A stretch of DNA of 64,000 nucleotides. Origin: Anthoceros angustus. Its lineage: Eukaryota > Plantae > Anthocerotophyta. The stretch is taken from the NCBI GenBank assembly GCA_010909165.1, contig MU008194.1, positions 536,542 through 600,541 of the forward strand, written 5' to 3'. Shown in pieces: positions 12,127 through 23,100 of the stretch (within the stretch, counting starts at the first letter, position 1; every line of letters begins with the position of its first letter). The position numbers and the translations under genes are program-made. The notes below the pieces were generated by a model. That model was not told the DNA's origin. It saw nothing but the letters and a program-made list of their open reading frames with translations, and did not search any database.

Positions 12127-12929
12127 CTAGAAACCCGAGTCAAAGTTGCCATGGTCAGAGGAGTAACCAAAGTCAATAGACTCCCCAGAACGAAGAGACT
12201 CGGATTCGGACTCCTCCTCGTAGGAGTCATGGCCAAAACTATGAACAGAAGAAAAACTCTCATCTGATCTTGGAGAATTGCGACGACGACGTTCTTCGTA
12301 AGAAATTCGCTCTTCAGGCTCAAGATTAGCCTCTTCCTCCAGTCTGAAGTTTGACCCTGCAAGGAGGAAGTGGGAGCGAGAGAGTTTAGTACCACAAACA
12401 TAAAAGAAGGAAGAACCAGAACAGGAAAGGTTCAGGATGCTTACTGTATATGCTCACGACATGACCAGGGCAAGGGTTGTAGATGCGCACGCTCACACGC
12501 TTCATGGTTATCTCGGTGCAACCTACCCAGACCTTGTACCAAACAGGTGAGCACGGATACTTCATTGCCGTTCGATGATCCTAGTCTCGCGTCTCACCGG
12601 TGCTTTGGATAATTCAAGGTGGGTCAGACCATGGGTCGCCCTCACGGCAACAATTGAGTGGGCGTGATTGTTTCCAGAGTTGGGTCTTGGCGGAGGAGCG
12701 GAAGGGCCACCCATTTCGGACTTGAGGGCAGTTGCGAAGCTCAAGAAACTCCTTTGTTGTTCCTTCGCCCACCGACGCCTTTCTTGATACTCGTGTCTTC
12801 AGGTGTCTTGGGAGCAGTCTTCACGTTGCCGGTAGTTGTCCTAGCCACTGCAAATCTTCCAAGGGCGTCTCGGAGCTGGCTGCGGCGCTTAGGAGCTGGC
12901 AGCTCATAGTCGGAATCCGAGGAGGCCAT
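12127..12929 (-). CDS. Antisense, intron-containing extra gene inside the copia element; unknown product, frameshifted in exon 1
   Basis: ATG at 12929 gives MASSDSDYELPAPKRRSQLRD... Donor A|GTAAGC at 12444 and polypyrimidine-TGCAG| acceptor at 12357. The splice joins '...NPCPGHVVSIY-R-SNFRLEEEANLEPEERISYEERRRRNSPRSD...YEEESESES...FDSGF*' in frame, stop at 12129-12127. Confidence 0.55.
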
Positions 12930-13169
12930 GGCGGAGGAGCTCAAGATGAAAATCCTACGCTCCAGCAAGCTGAGAAGTAACTGGCAAATGAATTGTGCCA
13001 AGGTTATATAGCACGCGCTCATCATCGCCGTAAAGCATCTTTACGACACGCGAGAAAGGAGAGGACGTAACCAATTACTGCAGATGATGGCTATGGAGTT
13101 TGAGAGCGAAGACACATGAACCTTTCCACAGCTTGGTAGAGAGATGAGATCATTACTAGCAAGTGGGAG

Positions 13170-13402
13170 TAAAGGAATACATGTGCTAGTTATTGGTAAG
13201 GGTTTGGGTTATTTAGTCAAGTTAAGCTCTTAGCATTATATATGTCTTTTCATTAGGGTTACGTCGTTTGGATAAGACACGTTGATTCATAAGTCTCTTT
13301 AGTTGTCTTTTCATATAACACATAAGTTTTATGTATGTTCTTGTCACAATGTAATTAATATATATGTTTAATTGATCCTCAGATTCCGCCTAAATTACGT
13401 TA
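13170..13402 (+). repeat. 3' LTR of the copia element
   Basis: Matches 8771-9000; preceded by the PPT and followed by TSD GAGGG. Confidence 0.95.
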
Positions 13403-14642
13403 GAGGGCCGAGGGTCGAGATGTTGCGAGAGAGGCAATTATGGAAAGAGAGTATTGAGTCCACGTTAAAGCCGTCCATCAGCTTGTAGACCTCCAGAAGA
13501 ACTTTGTCAGTTTGGCAAGGTACGTAAGCTAGACCTGGCTTGGGTGGAGGCTTTGATGCAAAAGATGAAGCATTCCACGTGGGTGGCTGGTGTGTTGCCC
13601 ATGATTGTCATTGTAGACCCGGCCCAGTGTCCCAACAAGAACTTTTTTAACATGGATAAGGTGGATTGGGGGGTGTACAAATTTTATGTATTGCGAGGGA
13701 ATCATTCCTTCCAGACCAGATCTAGACTAGCCGACTTGTATCCATTGGTTCAAGAGTACAGGTGGATGGATGCATATGTTCTTGCTCGCCTCACAAATGA
13801 GGAGATGAGGTTAGTTGCCACTGATCACAACACCATTGTGAATGCCAAGAAGATTTTTACTTTCATCGACCGGTGAGGTACATCGAATCGAGATGAAGGC
13901 CAATGATGGGTCAAGTGTGACTTAGACCGAAGTTGAGATATATGCCCGGTGGTTCCTAAGTGGGATGCAAGCATGGACCTAAGGTCGCTTATCACCGCCT
14001 CGTGGACAACCTGATTAATCGGATTATTGCGAAGGTTGATGATGAGGTGTGGAAGTACGTGGATGAAATCTTTGAGAAGTGGGAGACGAAAAGCTGGTTC
14101 GAGCAGTGGAGGCACTGGCTCTCACACAACAAATAAGGCCCGCAGGAATTCAAGGAAGACAACAAGTTAGAGCAAACTTGGTCATTGACACAAAGGAGCT
14201 TAGTATACCGGTGAGGGTATGGAAGTGTTTCTGTGGCATCGTACCGCAATTGGAACAACTTGAAGACAACATGCATGAAAGTCCTGTTGGAGAATTGACA
14301 TTGAAACAAATGTTCGTGGGTGGACAAGGCCAAAAACTCAACCTCATCCATGTTACATCGCCAAGCATTTGCATTGTGAGACATTTGAAGAGGTTCAGAA
14401 CGATATCCCGACATCGCATGGTGAATCAAATTAGTAACTTCCACCGCCTTCAAAAACCGGCCTCGATGAACACTTAGCTATACCCAAATCGAGTTTCTCT
14501 CAGGCCGCTTCTTGTCCTTATAAGTCATGGAAAGTGGAGGCCTTAACACCGTATTCGAACAAAGAGAACGTCCGGTTGCATTTGACGTGGGTTGTGTCTT
14601 TCATGTCTGCAGCTGCCCAACACTTGCCTTGAGTGGGTGCCG

Positions 14643-15370
14643 CCATGGAATTGATTCAAGATCCATGAATTGAGCGCACTTGGGATCCACATCACGAAAT
14701 GACAGTGTCGCAGTATCATATCGGATCATCCGATCGCCCAAAGACTAATCTCTCATGGCATCGGAATCAACCTCTTCAAGAGTCTTAGGGCCGATAGCCC
14801 GATCATCCGCAGTTGTAACACAATTTTAGTTCCATCGGCTGGCAAACAAAGTTGTCACTCCTGCCGCGCCGGTTCTCTAAGTACAACGATTGAGGCACAC
14901 CTTATCATCTGCGCGCTAGGGTGAATGTGCATCGCAGTCACCTCACGACAATGTCGCCACATTGGTTTTATGCCAAGAACATGTCGTCATAGCACCCTAC
15001 ACGCCCATCAAGACTTCTCTCACCATAGATGTGTCATCCAAGAATGGAAGACCACAATACGAAATACCTAGGATGTGGTGATGCCTTGAACCGCATGATG
15101 ACCCCTTCAAACTCGCTTTGGTAAATCTTGTGTCATACTCTGATTGGGGATCTAGATCCAAGCCTGGGAGGTCTAACAACAATAAAGCATACGATCGAGG
15201 CTCTACAAACCGGGCCATGTTCACCATGTTGCCACACAGTATCCCGACCTTGCTGGGTTTTTCTGGCTTGGAGTCGTTCACGATGGTCATCAACTTATCC
15301 TCAGATGTGGTCGATATCAAGGCACGTTGCGACTCCTCCATCTGCTTCCAAGATCTGGCCTTAAATATGT
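14643..15370 (-). pseudogene. Beta-class N6-adenine/N4-cytosine DNA methyltransferase (N6_N4_Mtase-like), inverted segment
   Basis: 'VGILCGNMVNMARFVEPRSYALLLLDLP-GLDL...YD' matches the beta-class start 'I..GD......p..S.dLi.tDPPYG'; the Tyr is absent in this copy. It continues into a degraded 'WHKTNV ... LRLLKRLI ... DVDPKC'. Confidence 0.65.
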
Positions 15371-15376
15371 GCTCCT

Positions 15377-15796
15377 TAGGGGTGCTATGATGACATGTTA
15401 CTGGCATAAAACCAATGTGACAAAGATTGTCGAGGACAGTCAGACGATGCGGGACTTTTCACTTGCGCCGCAGGAGCTTGGATTGTGTGCCTCAATCGCT
15501 TGTAGTGAGAACCGACGCAACTTGGCGTGGAGTGACAACTTTGTTTGCCAAGCGAGCGGGAACTAAAATTGTGTTACAACACCGCAGATGATCGGGTTGT
15601 TTCCTCATCGAAGCCCCTAAGACTCTTGAAGAGGTTGATTCAGCATGCAGAGGGAGATTGGCCGATGCGCGCAGGATCGGCCGGTATGATAGCAGCTGTT
15701 CAGTTATGCCGTAATGTCATTTCTGCTGATGTGGATCCCAAGTGCGCTCAATTCATGGATCTTCGAATCAATTCCATGGACAGCTGGCCGACGTAA
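15377..15796 (+). pseudogene. C-terminal half of a beta-class amino-methyltransferase (second, inverted copy)
   Basis: 'YWHKTNV' then 'KPLRLLKRLIQHAEGDW..AGSAGMIAAVQLCRNVISADVDPKC' matches the canonical 'KP..Ll.rLI....eGD.VLDpFaGSG...AA...gR..ig.e.dp'. It is an inverted repeat of about 14643-14999. Confidence 0.75.
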
Positions 15797-15799
15797 GAG

Positions 15800-16140
15800 G
15801 AGGAGGTAGGCGAGGAGCCCCGCTATGGAGGCGGCAAAGACGCTCAATAAGGAGCCCATGGTGAACAACATGGTCGGTGCCCGGGTTCATATGTGTCATT
15901 GAAGCGAGACCAACGAGGAAGCCCGAGACCAAGGGTCATATGGCATGTAGTGAAGCCGCAGCGATAACTCAATGGTCCTTGGGATGCGGAGCAGAAGTGA
16001 AGGATGCGTAAGAGCCCCTCCTGCGTTTGCTCGATGCCCGATGGTGGGGGATGTAGGATTGGAAAACTTTGCTCCAGTGATCGAGGTGTGTCGGCGGACA
16101 AGTGGATAGGCTACGTGTTTGTTTCGAGGATTCTCGTAGG
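15800..16140 (+). mobile_element. gag-like fragment, probably related to the 4041-6900 element
   Basis: 'KGHMA' knuckle-like remnant, and 'VKDA*EPLLRLL' resembles 'VGDVEKPMRRLL' at about 5310-5270 (minus strand). Confidence 0.3.
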
Positions 16141-17829
16141 AGGAACCGGTCTTAAGCACCGATACCGGTTGGTATCTCGCACTTTGGTAGAACGTGCATG
16201 CAAGCAAGGTGCTATGAACACAACAAACACATCAAAGTGCAAGGTCCCCGGAGCACTCTAGACAACGAACACGCCGGTGGAGCACGCAAGCCGGAAGCAT
16301 GGGAGTGGTGACGATTCGAGAATGTGTTCGCACCGATCGGGTATTTGATGAGCGAGATCATCATGGTCGCATGGTGCAAGGTATGGATTTCATGTAAACA
16401 AACCGATTTTCAAAGAAGCGCTGGCGGCCCATTCGCATGCATGCAGTGTATCAATACAATCGCCAAACTGCTCCTAATCTCTCGCTAGGAAGACTATGTA
16501 TGTTGTAAACCCACCGTGTACGAAGATGACAATGGATGTCATGTGACAATCCAACTTCAAACATGCCGATGTTCAATCGCTTTCACAGAGCCGCACTAAC
16601 ACCGCCCATACACACATGTAGCAATATGACTTTCTCCAATTTTATCCTTGACCACTAAGAACACCGACATGTCGTGCTCCTTGCCCTCCACACCATTCAC
16701 ACCGCCTCCAACCCCGTGAGTGGAATCCAGTGTTGATCAACACGCAACAAGAAAGACGAAGTTTGCACCGCCATCCCGCCCAAATTCCTTAAGGACCAAG
16801 CAATGAAGCAGCCGATCACTCCAGCGTGCTTGAAAGGAACCCCGCCCATGTTGTGATTGCCATGTCAACTTCCAATTTCCATCGCCCATGTGGAATTCTC
16901 GCCAGGCCCGCCGGAGGTGAGGTCTCCATCGCATGCAATATTCCGTGCAAGGCAAGCCACTTCCAAACGATGACGGTCGCGCTGGGGTGTGGCATGAGCG
17001 GTAGATAGTCCGAAATCTTCCTCCACTCCCGCGCCGACATTGGGCAGGAGATGCAAGGTTTATGCACTGAACGTCCAATGCCACCACGACCCTCCCCACT
17101 AATGTAGAGGGGTGACCATGACGGTGGACACCAACTCAACACATGTGGACTTTCCATTGCGCATTTGCATTTTTGTTGTCCATACAAAGTTGCCCTGATT
17201 TTCAAAATCAAGGTTATAGGCAATGTACCTCTGGTTAGCCAAACTAATATGAGATGAGGACATACAAATACGGTAAAACAGATCCCTCTATGATTTGCTC
17301 CTAGGTTCAGGGGGGTTTTTTTTTTTAAGAAATCAGGAAAACATGGTTTTGGATGGCTTTTGTATACCTTTCGACCCTGTGTACATGTAAACGATCTGGA
17401 CTCGGAAACCCCTTGTTGGGATGTGCCTTGAAGTGTTTTTTTTGTTTTTTTGGTCAAGTGTGGTGTGAAAATAAGTCAAGATGACAGTAGGCAAAGGTAT
17501 TTATAAAAGAAACGTCCTTGGCCTATGGTTTTTTTTCCTTGTTTTTATTTCTTAGGTTAGATAATAAAGGGCCCGAAAACTCGATGTTCCTTGGCCCATG
17601 GACTTGGGATGTCCACTAAAAGGTCTATATATGTGAGGTAGAGGGTTGGTATAATTAGGGAGTGATGGGTCTATAGGCTTGGAGTCAACCGATCACAGAG
17701 TCAACGAGTGTGGGGTTGTGGATTGGGGTGTGGAGCGAGCAGTCGTAGAGGTCGAACAGGGGTAGGGGAACCTGGGGGACTTAACCCTAGGAAGTAACAA
17801 AAGTCCGTTCAGACAATAGAGCGTAACGG

Positions 17830-19410
17830 TGGCTGGGACGGGAGCGAGCGGTGGAGCGCGACGACGGTTGGAGCGCGATGAAGTCGAGAAGCTGCGTCTG
17901 GGGGACATCGCGATCTGCAGGAGGGCGCGAGGCGCACCCAAAAAGGGAAGGAGCTCCGAACCCCCATCAGCGATATCGCGAGTCGCGACGCTTAGAGGAA
18001 GGAGGAAGGCGGCGGCGTGGCCGAGGAGGTAGGAATCCTCGAGACCGACCCCGCCAGAATGGGCGAGGTGTCATCGATTTGAGGCGCGAGACCCGGGGAC
18101 TGTGGAGGGATGGCGCCCAAGGTCAAATGAGACAGCTTGCTTGCCCAATGGCCAAACATGGATCATTGGAAAGTCCGAGCTTGGTGAAGGAGGGGCTTGG
18201 CTTCATGGAGGAACTGGAATTACATGAACTTGGGTCTGTGTGCAGAGTGTCGCCACCAAGACAAGCAATGGGCGAGGGAATTAGAGCGCCGCAGGATTGG
18301 GACCTCGGAATTGGTTAGAGAGTGTATGGGCGCAGAAGGAGGAGGTGTGGTTTGGTGATGGAACCGTCTCGAAAAAGGAGCAAGAAGAAGAAGCAGCACC
18401 GCTCGGTTAAGGCGGCGACCGGAACCCAACGGGTCGGGTCGACGCGGATTTGGCAAAGCTTGATGGGTCCGCCGATGGCTCCTATGGCGTTTCGCAGACA
18501 AGAAGTGGATTATTTGTCCGACCACTTCTGTCATTGCTCCTCCATGAAGTGGTCAAGGGGCGAAAATCGATTGGGGACGAATTCTCTTCGACAAGTTGTG
18601 TGAAGAGAGGTTGAACTCGATTTCTCCTACCTCGACCTCTCTAATTTCACCATTTCGTCCATCTTTATGCGCATGCTAACCGCCCGCCCAGAGGTGGAAT
18701 TGTGGCCTCCTTCACATGTGGAAGCCGCTTAGGAGGTGAAATGGAAGGCGGAGGAGCCAAGGAGGAAATCGAGGAGAAATCGGATAGCCGGGAGTCCGTG
18801 ACAGCCTGAGGAAGAGAGGAAATTTCTACCAAAGAAAAGAGGAAGACCGGGGTGGAAGGCCCTCAAATAAAAAAGGTGAAGTGGACGCGCTGGCCACCGT
18901 GTCGATCGGGCGCCAAGGCAGAAATGAAGGCCAAACGGCAGATTGAGGTGGCGAGGAGGCGCGATCCGAGGAAGACAATTTTGCTGACCTGGATGCAGAT
19001 GATGAACCAACCCCGAGGGATTAGGGCCGACCTCAAGCGGACCCCTCCTCAAGATGGGAAGAAATTTTCAAGGGACTCCACCGGCAGAGGTGGATGCCGA
19101 ATTGGTGAGGGCGACCTGCTGGGAGGAAAGTGCTCGACATGGGATGGCGCCGCGCGGGGCCGCCACAATGTGGATTTGCAGGAGCCGACCATCGGCGATC
19201 CGCCCAAGCGGATTTGTTAGATCAAGCGGCCTTGCTCTCACATGGCCTCAGTGCAAGGGGCGGAGGAAGTGGTGAAGGCCAGTTTGACGAAGAGGAGGCC
19301 AAGTGCAAGCAACTGGAGGAAGACAAGCGGGCCCTAGAGGAAATAAGGGCCAAGATTCAGGAGGATTTGTGCAGGGCTCAGGAGAAGTTGCAGGCCATAA
19401 CACGATAATT
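17830..19410 (+). pseudogene. Degenerate TE-associated ORF with C-terminal coiled coil; family unassigned
   Basis: Purine-rich coding-like stretch ending 'EEEAKCKQLEEDKRALEEIRAKIQEDLCRAQEKLQ'. TATA-like CTATATAT at about 17625. Confidence 0.3.
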
Positions 19411-20171
19411 TTTGAAGGGGGGGAATATAGTAACCCTCTTGGCCGCCACAAAGACTTGTCACGAAGAACACCTTACCTAGAACAAAGATATGTGCCCTAC
19501 TTTGATAATGCACACACCCTTTCCGAGGTCATACTGATAAAGACGCACTTTCAAGTGAACACCCTAGAACTGGAGCATGAGGGTGCGGGCCTGCCTCGCT
19601 TTTGTAGAATGTTTAGAGGGCTGCCATTTTATATGTTTATTACAACCGAAAACTTTTACTTTGAAGTGGTGGAACACAATGAAAACAATCTGCATTAGAG
19701 GGAGTCTCATTTTAATCGTCAGAAGAACATTGCAACAAACATCCGCTAAAGGAGGGAGTGGTCATCAGATCGACAATAGTCATTGAAGAGTGCGGCCCGG
19801 CGACTCATCCATGCCTTGCCGACATCGAGTCAAGAACCACCGCCATAGGATGCGGTCCATATCGTCCGCCTCAAAGTTATCGCTCTCCTCCATTGCTTGC
19901 TCGCCTTCAATAGTATCATTCCCGGCCCACCATCCGACGGTGGACCGCCACACAAGATCTAGGGTTTGCCGACCTCATCCAAAAGGTCGCCCCGTAGTCT
20001 TCAACCTTCCGCACTCAATGCAACCACTTGGGCTTTAAGGCAATGCCGCCCTTAAATGAACAAAGTTAGTTGCCCATGCGCCCATGCAAGCATCCTTAAA
20101 ATCAACAAAGTTGAGTTATTAAAAAGATATGGGTTTTGAACCCGAACCTATTCATTACTAAACCTTTTTCC

Positions 20172-23100
20172 CAACAACAACAACAACAACAACTTTATTT
20201 ATGTCCACTAAGGATGGGAAGAACCATCATGGGACGTAGATAGTACAGTAAAAGAGGTTTAAAACCGAGTACACTTACGACGTCCGAACTAGAGAAGCAG
20301 ACTGTATGAGGGAAGCGTAAAAGAAGGCAAAGACTACAAGGAGTCCAACAAGGACCGCCAAGATCAAGAAGCTCGAGAGACATAGTCCAGAGCCTAGGAA
20401 TGTGGAAAGAGAAAATCGCAATGAGAAGCCGCACATTCAAAAGAAGAGAGTAACGAGACCGAATATCGGCATAGGACAATAAAAGAGGAAGTGTGATTGA
20501 TTCGGATCCAAGGAGCAAAGCTTGCATCCTATCGCCTTGGGAGGGGTAGGCTTGAGCCAACGGTCTCAATCCGAGGTGGTGGGAGCTAACACGAAATTGA
20601 CCTATGAGTGCGGAGTTTGAAGGAAAGGGGGAACCGAGGTAGCAAGGCGTAGGAAATTTACCAGAGGGAGGATTAACTCGAGCTCGCCTTTGTAAAAGAG
20701 TCTAGAAGTGAGAGGGGGGAAAAGGAAAGAGGGGACCAGTGAGGCGAAGGTATCTTAATTTAAGGGCCTCGAATGGAGTGGTTGGGGGATGTGAGAAAGG
20801 GGAGTTGGGAGGAGGGAGAGGGCGCAGTCGAAAAGGTTCAAACTCGAATCTTCTAAGCCGCTTGGCAGCTTGAGAAAGCCAAGAAAAGAAGCTTGTGGGT
20901 CAAGATTGAGCGAGCGAGGGAGGACCTAAAGGCAAGGAGGAGGTAAGGGGATCCAAAATGGGATTAGCAATATCAAGGAGGTGGAGGCGGTAAAGAAAGG
21001 ATGAGAGACTAAAAAAGGCCATCAAGTTCGAGGGGAAAGGCTGCAAATTCAGAAAGGAGGATGGGTAATGGAGTCGAGCGCTTACAAGCAATGTGAGCGC
21101 GGAGAAAGGAAGATTGAACCCTTTCCACCTTCGCCCAAGAAGAAGGGGAAAGATCCGGCCCCAAATTTCAGCGCCATACAAGGCGGAGGGAATTACCATA
21201 GTGTTGAACACCTGCTTCCCAAGATTGATATCCTGAAGATTCATCCTCAGATAAAGAACCAAAGCAGGATGAGCCCATCCCTTGGTAGCGGAGGAGGCAG
21301 AGGAGGTCCAATTAAATTTAGGACCGAAAATAGTGATAAGATAAGTATAGGATCGAACCATCTCCACCTCCCGACCATCATAATAAAATTTGCAATCACC
21401 CTTGTAATCCCGAGTGTTGAACCGCATAATCTTGGTCTTGCAGATTGACAAAGAGACCCTTGGTTTTACAAAAAGGGATAAAACATCCGCTTGTGGATAG
21501 CTCCGGAATGAGATAAAGAACAATATCATCAACCCAAAGAGATTTGGGGACAAAGGGTCGCCATCAAGAACGCCAAGTTGGATAGGGATCCGTGGGAAGA
21601 CAAACCACGGGAGTCTTGATTCGAGCAAAGACCCTTTGTAGAGAAGGGTAGCAAGATGCCACAAATGAGGAGGCATCTTAAGAGATTGAAGTCTCACAAA
21701 CAACTTATCCCAAGGCATGAGTTGAAAGCACGCTTAAAGTCAACAAAACAACAAGAGACGTGCTTCGATGTCGAGCCCCTTCAACAATAGCCCGGAGGGG
21801 TAAAAGATGATCCAAAGTATTCGACCGGGCGAAACCGCTTGGCCCCGAGCACGCACCTTAGCCTCCTCACCAGAAGTAGTCAAGATCTCCAAACTAGAGC
21901 TAAAGATCTTAGCATAGATAGACTCCACGGTGATAAATCGGTAATTAGAAGGGAGATATCGCCACCTTGAGAATGGAGTGGATATCATTCTCACACCAAG
22001 GATCAGGAAACCAAAGACAAAGCATCATTAAACAGAGAGGCAAGATGCGAGGAGAAGGAGGTAGAGTCAAGAACCGGAATAAATCCCTGTGGATACCATT
22101 AGGGTGAGTCGCACTACTCCGAGCCCGGATAGCACGGCAACGAGATTGGCGGAAAACCCGAGACCAGGATCGAGGAATCGGAGGCGAGGATGTGGTAAAG
22201 ACTATGAACATAGGAGAGGAGTGGAGTGGCTTTGAGAAGAATGGGTGAGCGGTGTGGAATTCCTTCCAAAAGGCGAGCCACCGGGACGCTCAAGGAGATA
22301 AGACGGTGTGTTCACTTGGATGAATTGGGACTTTTCATGGAGATGAAGGCTTTGTAAGGCTTGACGGCTTTGTAAAGAGCGGAATGATGGGATCCGGGAG
22401 GAGATTAAGTTGGCGCAAAGTGAGATGCAATTGAGAGCGATGCGCACAATCCGCATCAAACCAGGATGGCGGGGGTTGGTTTGCACGGGAGGATGGCAAA
22501 ATTTGAAAGGAAAAGTGGAGCAGAGGTTAGAACAGCAGAGGCGAAGTGGCACAAGCAAGAAAAGGGAGGTGGGGAATGGAAGCAAGGAGGAGCAAGCTGG
22601 AAAATTGGGGTACAAGGTCTTGTGGAAAGGTGAACTGTGGAGAGAAGGAGGGGAGGGGATCCCGAGGGGCGGAGGAACAAAGATCAAAACAATCAAGAAG
22701 ATGGTCGACTCCAAACATGTGGAGTCCAGAGTCCAGAGCCTAGAAATACGCGAGAGAAGGCCGACGTCACCAATAACATAATCCAACTCGCTAGAAGAGG
22801 AACCATCGTCAAGAAAGAATTACTCATACCGCCAACGGGAGTCCGTTGAAAATGACCATGTTGTGGGATTCAGAAAAGGGCAACACCATAGGAATTTAGT
22901 GGATGGGTATCGAGAAGATCGAGCCCGAGGTCGACAGGATCCACCGAGAAATTTTGTAAATCAAGGAATCATAGATATTTTGTTGACACCGGTCCAAGCG
23001 TTGAAGTCCCCAACGAGAAGAATATCGCAATAGGGGAAAACTCGAGATGGACTCGAGAGATCCGTGATATGGATTACCGCCCGAGCATATTTGGAGGACC

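Larger units (their letters stand above)
8771..13402 (+). mobile_element. Ty1/copia LTR retrotransposon (internally deleted) with TA...TA termini
   Basis: LTRs 8771-9000 and 13170-13402 are near-identical. PBS TGGTATCAGAGC (tRNA-iMet) at 9001. PPT AAGTGGGAG at 13161. 5-bp TSD GAGGG at 8766-8770 and 13403-13407. RT 'EPQSYQEAL..WEKAIQSEYDSLIENGTWEL..CKWVFKLK..RYKARLVARGFSQ', 'DVKTAFLHG', 'YVDD'. RNase H 'WSSKKQ..ALS', 'KNPVFHSRTKH'. The integrase core is missing; only 'RSVTFDES' remains. Confidence 0.96.
8398..14130 (+). pseudogene. ORF with acidic N-terminus and ParB/Sulfiredoxin-like domain, interrupted by the copia insertion (8398-8770 plus 13408-about 14130)
   Basis: ORF 8392..8790 runs into the copia LTR and resumes after the GAGGG TSD with 'QVRKLDLAWVEALMQKM...PMIVIVDP...YKFYVLRGNHS...VATDHN', resembling the ParB N-terminal fold (P.IV...GxHR). 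A helical region 'AKVDDEVWKYVDEIFEKWE' follows. Confidence 0.6.

Noticed and set aside
13400-15800. Bacterial contamination or prophage as source of the ParB/MTase
   Set aside because: The ORF is interrupted by a plant copia element with a TSD and flanked by eukaryotic retroelement sequence; no operon-like bacterial genes.
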